Below, in pieces: positions 20,571-30,111 of a stretch of 64,000 nucleotides of DNA. The stretch lies in NCBI GenBank assembly GCA_043803405.1, contig JAZDKB010000019.1:32001-96000 (forward strand), read 5' to 3'. Numbering within the stretch: the stretch's first letter is position 1; each line of letters starts with the position of its first letter. The translations under genes were made by a program, and so were the position numbers. The DNA is from Spirochaetota bacterium. GTDB taxonomy: Bacteria > Spirochaetota > UBA4802 > JAFGDQ01. The notes below the pieces were generated by a model that saw only the letters and a list, made by a program, of their open reading frames with translations, was not told the DNA's origin and searched no databases.

Positions 20571-21893
20571 ATGGAAATGTTAAATAGCAGAGAACTATCT
20601 ATTTGTATATGGATAGGAATTTCATTTATTATATGCATAATATTTTTTTCCAAGATAAAAAAATCTATTTTTGATGTGCTTAAAGCATTTTTCTGTGCAA
20701 AGTTACTCATCCCTCTATTATTTATGACCATTTATATAATGGGTTGCATTTATGGTTTAAATTACCTTAGACTTTGGAATACCGATCAAATAAAGAATAC
20801 AATTATCTGGTATTTGACAACTGCTGTTGTAACATATTTTAATAGTCTTGAAATTGCAAATGAGCTTCATTATATAAGAAAATGGATTAAAGATAATTTA
20901 AAAGTAATAGTCTTTCTCCAATTCATATTCAATTTTTATACTTTTCACATTATCATTGAATTTTTATCTGTACCAATTTTTTTCATAATTGGCGGAATGC
21001 AGGGATTTATTCAATCAGAGAAAAATAATAAAAACACAAAATTATTAAAACCTCTTAATTTTTTAATCGCATTATATGTTATATCAGTAATAATATTTAC
21101 TGTATATAGTTTAGTTACAAATTTCAATGAATTTGCTCAATTAAAAACTATCTACGATTTTGTAGTCCCAATAATACTTTCATTATTGATATTACCGTTT
21201 ATTTGCATATTATCTATATTTTCTGATTATGAAATCGCATTTTTAAATTTTAAACATCATTTAAAGGATATATCTTTATTGAGATTTGCTAAGATAAAAT
21301 CATTGATAAAATTTCACATGAAGTCAAAAAATTTATTAAGATGGTCAAGTAATTTATTCACAGAAAATATTTCATCAAAGTCAGATATACTTACTTCAAT
21401 TGAAAACTTTAAAAAACTACTTCTTATCGAAAAAAATCCCCCATCTGTTTCTCCTGACAAAGGTTGGTCTCCATATTCTGCTATTAAATTCCTTGATTCT
21501 GAAGGAATAAAAACAGGGCATTATAAACATTCAATAGATGATGAGTGGTTTGCGTGTTCTCCTCACACTGAAATCAATAAAGGGAAAAACTTTTTATCAA
21601 ATAACGTCTCTTATTATGTTGAAGGTAGTTCCAGTATAGCCAAAAAGCTATTATTAGTTTTGGATATATTTGAATTAGAAAATAGTAAAGACGCAGTTAA
21701 ACTATTTTTACACTTGATAAGAATATTATTTAAAAAATCAACAGAGAAAGAACTCCCTCATGATTTTGAAAAGGCTATTATGAACAGAATAGATTCTGAA
21801 TCTGTAATCGATGCATTTAAAATTATATTAAAGAAAAATAATACACTGACTAACAAAGCATATTTTTTAGAATTTTCAATCGAGAAGATTTAA
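20571..21893 (+). CDS. Multi-pass membrane protein with soluble C-terminal domain
   Basis: About 6 hydrophobic helices in the N-terminal half; GGAG RBS. Confidence 0.7.
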   Translation: MEMLNSRELSICIWIGISFIICIIFFSKIKKSIFDVLKAFFCAKLLIPLLFMTIYIMGCIYGLNYLRLWNTDQIKNTIIWYLTTAVVTYFNSLEIANELHYIRKWIKDNLKVIVFLQFIFNFYTFHIIIEFLSVPIFFIIGGMQGFIQSEKNNKNTKLLKPLNFLIALYVISVIIFTVYSLVTNFNEFAQLKTIYDFVVPIILSLLILPFICILSIFSDYEIAFLNFKHHLKDISLLRFAKIKSLIKFHMKSKNLLRWSSNLFTENISSKSDILTSIENFKKLLLIEKNPPSVSPDKGWSPYSAIKFLDSEGIKTGHYKHSIDDEWFACSPHTEINKGKNFLSNNVSYYVEGSSSIAKKLLLVLDIFELENSKDAVKLFLHLIRILFKKSTEKELPHDFEKAIMNRIDSESVIDAFKIILKKNNTLTNKAYFLEFSIEKI

Positions 21894-21923
21894 TGCAAAA
21901 AACAGATAATTATTCTCTGACAT

Positions 21924-23096
21924 TTGATGTTAAATGAGACAGTAATGAAAACAGGTAGAAATGAACCTTGCCCTTGTGGTAGCGGATTAAAATATAAGAA
22001 GTGTCATGGTTCACCAAACATGAAGAACAAAATCTTTAATTCTACAATTAACCAAATAAATCAAGAAATTATTAAACAAAAAGTAAGAGAAGATAAACTG
22101 GGTGATGTTCGACCTACGATAAGTACTGAATTTAAAGGACGTAAAATAGTTGCTGTTGGCAACCAAATACATTACGCCCCCAGAGAGAGATGGAAAACAT
22201 TCCATGACTTTCTTTTTGACTATATAAAGCATTGTTTTGGTATCGAATGGGCGAATAAGGAATTGAAGAAAAAATATGAAGAGATGCATTCGATATTACA
22301 ATGGTATCAGGACTTATGTAAATTTCAACAAGCACATATGGTTGAGAAACATGAAATATATTCCGCTGATAGCACTGGTTCTGTAGGAGCCTACCTTGCC
22401 TTGGCATATGATTTATATATATTGAGACATCACTTAGCTTTACAAGAGCGACTAATTACCAGATTAAAAGATAAGAAGCAGTTTCAGGGTGCTCGTTATG
22501 AGGTATATGTAACTTCATCTTTTATTAAAGCAGGTTTTGATATATCATTTGAAGATGAAACGGATAGGACGATTTCACATTGTGAATTTGTAGCTACTCA
22601 TAAAGCATCAGGTAACAAATATTCGGTTGAGGCAAAAAGCCGTCATAGAAAAGGATTGCTTGGACAAGATGGTGAGCAAAGAAATTGGGATGATCAAAAA
22701 TTATGGATAGGAACTCTTCTAAGAGATGCTTTAAAAAAAAGTGCTTCATATCCGAGAATCATTTTCATCGATGTTAATATGCCCCCTGAAAAAGGAGAAG
22801 TGTTTAAGAAGAGTTGGGTAGATGGCTTGATGAAAGAAGTAAGCCGTGTTGAAGTTGATATTATTAGTGGGGTACCCTGTCCCCCTGCATATTTATACTT
22901 CACAAACCATCCAAATCATTACGTAGGTAACAATGAAGTTGAACCAGCAAAAGATTTCTTTTTTACGGCAATCAACATCCAAGAATTTAAACAAGGTAGT
23001 ATTGAAAATGCAAGAAAAACACATCTTCATCAATTTATACTTTGGGATTCAATAAATTCTCACTGTAAAATTCCAGAGAGCTTTGAGAATTCGTAA
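21924..23096 (+). CDS. SEC-C zinc-motif protein with probable restriction-endonuclease-like domain
   Basis: [24 protein letters not shown]...SVEAKSR resembles a PD-(D/E)XK core. Start may be 21945. Confidence 0.75.
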   Translation: MMLNETVMKTGRNEPCPCGSGLKYKKCHGSPNMKNKIFNSTINQINQEIIKQKVREDKLGDVRPTISTEFKGRKIVAVGNQIHYAPRERWKTFHDFLFDYIKHCFGIEWANKELKKKYEEMHSILQWYQDLCKFQQAHMVEKHEIYSADSTGSVGAYLALAYDLYILRHHLALQERLITRLKDKKQFQGARYEVYVTSSFIKAGFDISFEDETDRTISHCEFVATHKASGNKYSVEAKSRHRKGLLGQDGEQRNWDDQKLWIGTLLRDALKKSASYPRIIFIDVNMPPEKGEVFKKSWVDGLMKEVSRVEVDIISGVPCPPAYLYFTNHPNHYVGNNEVEPAKDFFFTAINIQEFKQGSIENARKTHLHQFILWDSINSHCKIPESFENS

Positions 23097-23323
23097 AAAT
23101 TTCAATTTCAGTTCGTTATCTTATAAAGTATGCCCAGTGGTACACATAACTTCAACTTTAAATATAAGTTGACGTATAGTTGACCAGCTCAATCCACGTT
23201 AAATAATTTAAAGCAAAGTATATCAATTTTCTCCTATATTTTTAATAATTTTTGTTTAATTTTTAAATCAATTTTACACATATTCAAACAATTTACAGCA
23301 AACCTAATTAAGATTGCATATTT

Positions 23324-23371
23324 GCTTGAATCGCACTCAAGAGGTAGAGGGTTCGACTCCCTTCAGCTCCA
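23324..23371 (+). tRNA. 3' fragment of tRNA-Ala(CGC), probable attR; not a complete tRNA
   Basis: Anticodon arm CTTGA-ATCGCAC-TCAAG, T-arm GAGGG-TTCGACT-CCCTT, acceptor 3' strand CAGCTCC-A. The 5' acceptor strand and D-arm are absent. Confidence 0.85.
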
Positions 23372-23380
23372 AAAAAGAAG

Positions 23381-23419
23381 TTGTCCCAAAAGAATGCCAC
23401 AGAGTCACTGAGGCACAAA
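23381..23419 (+). repeat. Solo copy of dispersed repeat TTGTNNCAAAAGAATGCCACRGAGNCAC
   Basis: Matches both ends of the inverted pair at 51400-51561. Confidence 0.7.
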
Positions 23420-23486
23420 TCCCCCTTTCAAATTTACTGTATATAATATGTCTTTTAAAATTTTCCTCTCCCGAAAGTTATTTTTA

Positions 23487-23924
23487 TCAGCCATAGCTGA
23501 ATTGATGTGGCTTTACAGCATTCCGGAACGTGAAGCGAAGGTGAAGCGAAGCTGAAACGGAGGGGAAGCGAAGCATTCCGGCAGAGGGTATCTTTCTTTG
23601 TTGTGAAATAATGTTAAGAGAATTATATTTATATCCTGCCGGAATACGCTCTTTCATAAAGTCCGATATATAAAGATTATACCCGCTCATGTTCAGATTG
23701 CGCGCTTTTCTATTATATTTATTTTTTTCTTCTTCAGCTAAAGCCTGCCATGATTTAACAGCTTTTGCAAATGATTGTCTGTTCCTTCTCTGGGTAAAAG
23801 TATTCGGATTGCATGGTATTATATAGCTGCGTATGCATTGCGTATTCAGTCTTTTATACCACACAACATTGCCCGCACGTCCGCTTACTTTGCTGAACAA
23901 TGGATTTAGAGTTATTATTGCCAT
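23487..23924 (-). CDS. Basic hypothetical protein (SGRAGNVV...NPNT..Q...F type)
   Basis: 145-aa ORF with AGGA RBS; resembles small DUF6266-like proteins. Confidence 0.6.
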   Translation of the reverse strand: MAIITLNPLFSKVSGRAGNVVWYKRLNTQCIRSYIIPCNPNTFTQRRNRQSFAKAVKSWQALAEEEKNKYNRKARNLNMSGYNLYISDFMKERIPAGYKYNSLNIISQQRKIPSAGMLRFPSVSASLHLRFTFRNAVKPHQFSYG

Positions 23925-24300
23925 AAATTTATCCTGTTAACAGCAGGAAACTCGATCCCCTGCTATAAAATATCCCCTCATATATATATACGATTTTAGG
24001 TCACGTTTTTGTGACTTAACAATGAGGATTGTTTAGAAATACCAGAGAAATAAGATTTTTTTTTGATTTTTAAGAAAAAAATTATTAACGGGGGAAATAG
24101 AAAAGAGAAACTGCAAGGACGGTGTTAATATAATTCTTCCTGAATATATGCTGAAGAAATACGAGGGAGATCCTCTCAAAGTTGATTTTGATTTAAAAAA
24201 TGCGAAGTATAAAATTTATCAGAAATCAGGAGATAAGATTATTTCTTCAGGCAGCCTAATGCTTGAATTATAATGTAAATAGTAGCCTATTTTAAATAAT

Positions 24301-24380
24301 TCTTGCTTTTCTCGTCTTTTACTCTTCACTATTTGGCCTGTATTGCGTTTTATTTATCGGTCTAATGTAAATGCTCGTTA
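24301..24380 (+). repeat. ~80-bp direct repeat, copy 1
   Basis: Ungapped 63/80 identity (manual count) with 27500-27579; 27-bp identical core ATTTGGCCTGTATTGCGTTTTATTTAT. Confidence 0.85.
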
Positions 24381-24459
24381 ATCAATAAAAAAAGTTGATC
24401 TTCTGAATGGGAATATTGTACTTTCCTGTATTGACATAAAAACTTTGGAGAGGTGATGT

Positions 24460-25914
24460 ATGCATAAAGAGAAGAAATGTATAGTAATAACCTCGGAACA
24501 GTTCAAAAATGAAATATTAAAACCCGGGCAGAAAGCCATAGCTGTCGGGACAATTGTGGGGATATCGCTTTTTTCGAGTGGGTGCGCTACTTTTTATGAT
24601 GCAAGAGATGAGAGATCTGTTGTAAAAATTGAGAAATACGCTGAAAGCAATGATGTTGAGGTTAGAAAGGGAGTCGCAGAGAATAAAAATACACCAGCCG
24701 GAGTATTAAAGAAACTTGCCAGTGATCCTGACACCTGGGTTAGGGTAGGAGTCGCAAAGAATAAGAATACACCTGTTGGAGTATTGGAAAAACTTGCCAG
24801 TGATCGTGATACCTGGGTTAGAAGAGCCGTAGCATCAAGTGAAAACACACCTGTAAAATTACTGGTAATACTTACTTATGATTCTAATTCGAATATAAGA
24901 AGTGATGTCGCAAAGAATAAAAACACGCCCGCAAGTTTACTGGAGAAACTCTCTATCGATGATCCATATAGTGTCGCAGAAAATGAAAACACGCCAGTCA
25001 GTATATTGGAGAAACTATCTAATAATCCTAGTCCTTATGTTAGGAGGAATTTGGTAAGTAATAAAAACACACCCATAAGTGTACTGGAAAAACTCTCTAA
25101 CGATTCTGATATTGATGTACTGTGTGCTGTCGCAAATAGTAATCATACACCATTAAGTATCGTGAAAAAAATCTATTATTCACTAGAAGGAAAGGGCTAT
25201 TCCAAGTCTATGCCTGCTGCCAAGTCTAGAATCAACAGCGAAAAAGAAAGTATTGCTTATGAAGAACAGAGGTTAAGGGACATTAATATAAGAAAATCAG
25301 CTGATCCCAAAACCCCTCCTGATATACTTGAACAGCTCGCCAGTGATCATTATAACGATATAAGGTGCAACGTTGCACAAAACAACAATACGCCTATACG
25401 TGTTCTTGAAAAACTTTCTAATGACTCTGAAGAGCGTGTAAGGAATTGCATTCCATATAATGTTAGGGAAAAGTTTTATGAGGATAATAAGAAAAAAGCA
25501 AATGATCAGAATACATCTGCTAATGAACTTGAAAAACTCGCAGCTAATTTAAAATCTGAAATAAGAAAAGCTGTTGCTGCTAACCGGAAAACCTCACTAA
25601 GTGTACTTGAACAGCTCGCAAACGATTCTGATCAGGATGTAAGACTTGCTGTTGAAAATAACAGCAACACCCCAGCCAGTGTTAAGAAAAAACTTGCCGT
25701 AAGAAGAGAAGAAGAAAAGAAATTAGCCGAAAAACAACTTGCCGAGAAGATAAGACTCGAACAGGCTGCGAAAAAGTATCAGGGTTCCGGGAGTACGGGA
25801 TGCTCTGGCTGTACTGGTTGTATATACAGCTGTACAGTAAAATGTACGTATGGTTGCACATTTGGTTGTACTGCATACTGTACTGCTTACTGTACTGTAA
25901 TGACGGCGAGGTGA
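24460..25914 (+). CDS. LRV/HEAT-like repeat lipoprotein with C-terminal Cys-rich (CxxC/CxxxC) RiPP-precursor-like tail
   Basis: Strong GGAGAGGTGA RBS; lipobox FSSG-C; ~24-aa repeats VRxxVAxNxNTPxxVLEKLAxD; tail GCSGCTGCIYSCTVKCTYGCTFGCTAYCTAYCTVMTAR. Confidence 0.85.
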   Translation: MHKEKKCIVITSEQFKNEILKPGQKAIAVGTIVGISLFSSGCATFYDARDERSVVKIEKYAESNDVEVRKGVAENKNTPAGVLKKLASDPDTWVRVGVAKNKNTPVGVLEKLASDRDTWVRRAVASSENTPVKLLVILTYDSNSNIRSDVAKNKNTPASLLEKLSIDDPYSVAENENTPVSILEKLSNNPSPYVRRNLVSNKNTPISVLEKLSNDSDIDVLCAVANSNHTPLSIVKKIYYSLEGKGYSKSMPAAKSRINSEKESIAYEEQRLRDINIRKSADPKTPPDILEQLASDHYNDIRCNVAQNNNTPIRVLEKLSNDSEERVRNCIPYNVREKFYEDNKKKANDQNTSANELEKLAANLKSEIRKAVAANRKTSLSVLEQLANDSDQDVRLAVENNSNTPASVKKKLAVRREEEKKLAEKQLAEKIRLEQAAKKYQGSGSTGCSGCTGCIYSCTVKCTYGCTFGCTAYCTAYCTVMTAR

Positions 25915-26003
25915 ACATCGCGCAGTATTCATTGTACTTCCAATCGTGTATACTGAGGATTTTTTAAGTACATACATCCGCTGTAACCGGAGTTTAAAAT
26001 TCA

Positions 26004-27452
26004 ATGTCTTCCAATAAATCATTACAAAAGTTCCAAACGGCATCTGAAATTGTCTACCTCAATAAAAATGGCGATACAATTTTCTTTAATGCCGAAAATG
26101 TAAATCCTGTATATTTCCCTCAAGGCGGCGATGATGCAAAATCGATAATCCGGTCGCTGAAAGATAAAGGGTCGTTTACATCTGAGTCAGCCGCAACTGT
26201 ATGCCCGGCTGAACTCTTTGACTTCTTTCTTGAGCATAACATTATAGTTGAGAAGAATCAGAATTTCCAGAATACAGTCAAAAAGTGCGATAACTGCGAA
26301 TGCGGACAGAAGTCTGTGAGCCGCAGCATGTATCTGCTGCTCAGTCATTCATGCAACCAGAAATGTATATACTGCCTTAACGGCCGGGAAACCTACAATT
26401 CAGATCATGGCATGATGATGACAGAGGGAGTTGCTTTTAAATCGGTAAAAACAGTTTACGATTCAATATCCCCTTATGGCAATCTTGAAATTGTTTTTTT
26501 CGGAGGTGAACCGCTTCTTAACTGGTCGCTTGCAAAAAAAGTGATTCATTACTGCGAGGGTATTTTGAAGCCCTCCTCTCCGGACAAAAAGGTTAATTAT
26601 CATCTCACGACAAATCTGACTTTATTCCCTGATGATCTCGTTGAATACGCGCTTATGTATAACATTACTTTTCTTGTAAATATTGACGGCCCGGAAGAGA
26701 TTCATAATAAAACCAGGCCTTTCCTGAACGGCAGCGGAAGCTTCAAAAGATCCGTTGAAAATATTTCGCGACTGAATAAAGCAGGAATATCAGTTGCTCT
26801 CAGGGCTACCGTTACAAAATATAATCAGCATCGCATGCTTGAAGTTACAAGAACGCATAAAGATATCGGCGGAGCCGGTTCTGCTTTTGTCCCGCTTAAT
26901 GCTATAGATTCCGACGAAGAAACCCTGCCTGCTGATTTATGCCCTGACCCGAAAGTGTTCTCAAAAGGGCTGCAGGACGTTTATAATTCAGGCATTTGGG
27001 AAACTCAAAATCTTTATCCATTCAATGAATATACCGGAAGACTTGTTCCGGGTTATCGCAATACATGGGCATGTGGGGCACCTCATGGTAACACCCCTGT
27101 TATCACCGCGGATGGAGATATTTTTTCATGTATATATCTTGTGGGGATTGAACGATTTAAAATCGGCCATATCAACAACAACGAATTTCCTTTTGCATCC
27201 GTAGTCAATGATATGCTTGAGATAACTAACGTAAATAGTTCTGAAGAATGTGCCAACTGTGGCTTCCGATATCTATGCGGCGGTGGTTGTCCAGTTGGGC
27301 GATTTACCATCGCGGGCAATCCGAATGCTTCGGAAGAGATTAAACTTTACACTCGCGAAATTTCCTGCGCTGTGAGTAAAACAGTTCTGACGGAACTTAT
27401 CTGGAGCTTTGCGAAACAGAAAAAGGATATGCTGCATCTTGGAAGGCGATAA
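26004..27452 (+). CDS. Radical SAM/SPASM domain peptide or protein maturase with N-terminal RRE/PqqD-like extension
   Basis: CNQKCIYC, FFGGEPLL, SPASM cysteines CGAP...GDIFSC...CANCGFRYLCGGGCP...C; ~85-aa N-terminal extension. Confidence 0.92.
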   Translation: MSSNKSLQKFQTASEIVYLNKNGDTIFFNAENVNPVYFPQGGDDAKSIIRSLKDKGSFTSESAATVCPAELFDFFLEHNIIVEKNQNFQNTVKKCDNCECGQKSVSRSMYLLLSHSCNQKCIYCLNGRETYNSDHGMMMTEGVAFKSVKTVYDSISPYGNLEIVFFGGEPLLNWSLAKKVIHYCEGILKPSSPDKKVNYHLTTNLTLFPDDLVEYALMYNITFLVNIDGPEEIHNKTRPFLNGSGSFKRSVENISRLNKAGISVALRATVTKYNQHRMLEVTRTHKDIGGAGSAFVPLNAIDSDEETLPADLCPDPKVFSKGLQDVYNSGIWETQNLYPFNEYTGRLVPGYRNTWACGAPHGNTPVITADGDIFSCIYLVGIERFKIGHINNNEFPFASVVNDMLEITNVNSSEECANCGFRYLCGGGCPVGRFTIAGNPNASEEIKLYTREISCAVSKTVLTELIWSFAKQKKDMLHLGRR

Positions 27453-27499
27453 TTTTAGTCTTTTCTGCTTACCAGGGGATATTGTTTATTTCAGTAAGT

Positions 27500-27579
27500 T
27501 CTTGATTTTTTCTGTTTTTATGCTTCACCATTTGGCCTGTATTGCGTTTTATTTATTGGTATAGTGTTACTAACCGTTC
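27500..27579 (+). repeat. ~80-bp direct repeat, copy 2
   Basis: See 24301-24380. Confidence 0.85.
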
Positions 27580-27708
27580 TTTCTAAAGTATTTTTATTAT
27601 TTTAATCTGTGTTTCTGACAATCGGCTCTGTGCAATTCAGTAAGTTATCCCGTGGATTATTGATTAATAAAAAGACAAATTGTAAATACATAACTCCGGA
27701 TCTTTAAT

Positions 27709-28317
27709 ATGCTGATCGATAAAATATTTTACGGGAAATATATAGAATACATTATACTTTTCATATTATCTATACCGTTGGCGATTGGACTTCTGAAATA
27801 TTTTTTCATGCTGCGAAAAAATACATACATGAAAAAGTCAAAAGCAATTGACTATCTGCTATCTATCGCAATGGTATTTATATCTTTGTTTCTATATGCT
27901 TATCAGGACGAAATAACAAGAAACACGAAAGTCTGGATTGTTATTCAGGGAGAAAAGAATCCGGTTAAAATTGAAAAAGTATTATTATTCAAAGGCACTG
28001 ATTTTTATTCCGTAGAAGGAAAGCATTTCAGGATCAAAACCAATCCTTCGGGTTATGCTGTTGTAAATGATTCGGACAGAATACTCATACTTGAGCCTGT
28101 CGTATATTCCCAGGTGAGTGTTCTGCCGGAAGCAGCTCAAAAATTTAAAAATTTCCATTTTAATAACTATGTAGAAAAAGGCAGCATAATATATTTTCAA
28201 AAACTTAAGTATTTTGGTTTCGAAGATGAAGCTCCTCCCGAATCAAGGGAAATTTCGATTCAGGGAAACGAACCCGGTTTTGGAAGGATGGAACTGGAAT
28301 GCTGGCTCAGATGGTAA
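27709..28317 (+). CDS. Membrane protein (2 N-terminal TM helices)
   Basis: 202-aa ORF with two hydrophobic segments. Confidence 0.6.
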   Translation: MLIDKIFYGKYIEYIILFILSIPLAIGLLKYFFMLRKNTYMKKSKAIDYLLSIAMVFISLFLYAYQDEITRNTKVWIVIQGEKNPVKIEKVLLFKGTDFYSVEGKHFRIKTNPSGYAVVNDSDRILILEPVVYSQVSVLPEAAQKFKNFHFNNYVEKGSIIYFQKLKYFGFEDEAPPESREISIQGNEPGFGRMELECWLRW

Positions 28318-28351
28318 TATTAATCTATCAAACAATTTATTATCTAAATCA

Positions 28352-28798
28352 ATGAAAAACATAATCAATAAAATCGATGTATTCTTGCATGACAAGCGTA
28401 TCTTTAACCGGCCATTAGGCTTGTGGGTAGTACTTATCATTCTTGGAATGTGGAGTATTGCGAAAGCGGTGGATTATATCATGTTTATTTTTGGAGCGGC
28501 TTCTATCCCTGAAATAATAGCCAGCACCGTAATAATTCCTATAAATTTATATTGTATTACCGGGTTGTGGAATTATAAAAGAAAAGCCTTTGAGGCTGTA
28601 AAATACTGGCTCTGGCTTTCCTATATACTCGCGGTATTCATTTTACCAGGGTATGTATCGGTATTTCCGGAAGAGCGGGGAGATGCACGGTTGTTAATGG
28701 CAGTTATTATGTCACCAGTTCTTATAGCATGGATAATCTTAAGATTTTCATCATTGAAATCAATGTTCAAAGATGATGAAAACAAAAAAATCAAATGA
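28352..28798 (+). CDS. Membrane protein (about 4 TM)
   Basis: Start moved to the ATG at 28352 to avoid overlap with the upstream gene; ATGA coupling to the next ORF. Confidence 0.6.
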   Translation: MKNIINKIDVFLHDKRIFNRPLGLWVVLIILGMWSIAKAVDYIMFIFGAASIPEIIASTVIIPINLYCITGLWNYKRKAFEAVKYWLWLSYILAVFILPGYVSVFPEERGDARLLMAVIMSPVLIAWIILRFSSLKSMFKDDENKKIK

Positions 28799-29508
28799 AC
28801 AAAATAATAGTCTCTATTGGATGTATCTCCGGCACAAAGGACTATGAGATCAATGAGCATCTCTACTCAACTAAATACCGCGTGACTTCCGAATATCAAA
28901 TGCTTACTTATGAATTCCCAATTCCTTATGATCATCCGGTAAATATTAAACATGTTTGTGAATTATGCAGAGACGAATTATCAATAGAGCTCGCGAATAA
29001 TACCCTCCTCATTAAGAGACAGTTATTATTTCCGGTTCTTTATCTCCTGGGATCGGGAGGAAGTCTGTATTTTTACAACAAGGCTGTTACGGGGACTGAT
29101 TTACATTGGACAATTGCAATCATTCTTACAATCGCAGGGACTCTTTTTTGCGGATATATGTCTTTTATACTGGGATCACTTGAATTTGAAAACAGGGTAG
29201 GTATAAAAAAAGGAAATAAAAAATATGATTACCATCCATTCTCTATTTGGAAGCATAAGATCATCAATCCCGATGAAAAAGCTCCTCTTCTGCGCAAATA
29301 TAAAATTACACGGCTTGCGATAGTGTGTATTTTTATTCTGTATCTGTATTTTTTTTATGGAATCGTTATTGAGAGAAAGGGACAGGAAGTCTATGATGCG
29401 TTAATCAGTCTTGGTATTGTATTCGGTATAGGAGCCTTATCGTATGGCCTTTTAAATGGGATTTATGAAATGATAAAAATAGTAAGGAAGAGACGGAATA
29501 AAGATTGA
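28795..29508 (+). CDS. Membrane protein with N-terminal CxxC
   Basis: CELC motif and four hydrophobic helices. Confidence 0.6.
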   Translation: MNKIIVSIGCISGTKDYEINEHLYSTKYRVTSEYQMLTYEFPIPYDHPVNIKHVCELCRDELSIELANNTLLIKRQLLFPVLYLLGSGGSLYFYNKAVTGTDLHWTIAIILTIAGTLFCGYMSFILGSLEFENRVGIKKGNKKYDYHPFSIWKHKIINPDEKAPLLRKYKITRLAIVCIFILYLYFFYGIVIERKGQEVYDALISLGIVFGIGALSYGLLNGIYEMIKIVRKRRNKD

Positions 29509-29785
29509 ATTGTACAATAATGTTTCAAAAGCAAACGCTTGGGAAATATAAATTTTACCGAGGCAGAAGAGAAAGTAAAAAAATTTCTAACATTAAATGT
29601 ATGCCGTGGAAAGTTGGACAACAAATGATGGAGTCCGGATGTTAAGGATGACCCTTCGGGATCGGCTTGCAGGAGCAGGTTCCAAACCGCCGGAAGCTGC
29701 TTTGTTAAAGAGAGAAGGTAGTTAATGTTTCGGTTAAAAGGCTTCGATTAAAGGAGTCAGGTGAGCTAGCAGGAGGCGAACGAAA

Positions 29786-30106
29786 GTGAACCGATCGGAG
29801 AGGTGTCGGGAGTGGGAACATATTATTCCTGAAACTCTTTCCATAAATGAAAGATGCCCTGCCTGCGACAGAATTCAGGGAATCCATAACCAGATTTGGG
29901 CGTGCAGAACTTGCAACATTAGGAAAGGCACCAGGGGCTTATACGATTTTATCCGCGACTTGTATCCAAAAGCAAAGAAAATATCAGACGTGCTGCCTGC
30001 TCTACTTGAAAAGAAATATCTTAAGACTATTTATTACTGCCACCAGTGCAAGGGCACGCTTGACTGGGACGGTAAGTGGATTTCCGTGCCGGATTTGGAC
30101 TTGTGA
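29786..30106 (+). pseudogene. HNH-endonuclease-like fragment
   Basis: EWEHIIP...NQIWACRTCNIRKG HNH pattern; weak GTG start, probably N-terminally truncated. Confidence 0.55.
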
Positions 30107-30109
30107 AAT
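30078..30109 (+). repeat. 32-bp direct repeat flanking the GxxExxY unit (left copy; right copy at 30822-30853)
   Basis: GGATTTCCGTGCCGGATTTGGACTTGTGAAAT vs GGATTTCTGTGCCGGATTTGGATTTGTGAAAT, 30/32 identical. Confidence 0.85.
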
Positions 30110-30111
30110 GA

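Larger units (their letters stand above)
1..23371. mobile_element. Integrative element / genomic island inserted in tRNA-Ala(CGC); left end lies outside the window
   Basis: Integrase-like N-terminus and Xis-like HTH at the left, a PolA module, AT-rich cargo, and a tRNA 3' fragment at 23324-23371 marking the right border. Confidence 0.75.

Noticed and set aside
23324..23371. Complete tRNA-Ala gene
   Set aside because: No 5' acceptor strand or D-arm upstream; only the 3' half is present, so it is treated as an att site.
1..23371. Prophage
   Set aside because: No terminase, portal, capsid, tail or lysis genes are recognisable.
23526..23576. Short GAAGCGAAG repeats as iterons
   Set aside because: They are few, degenerate, inside a CDS 3' end and outside the island, with no adjacent rep gene.
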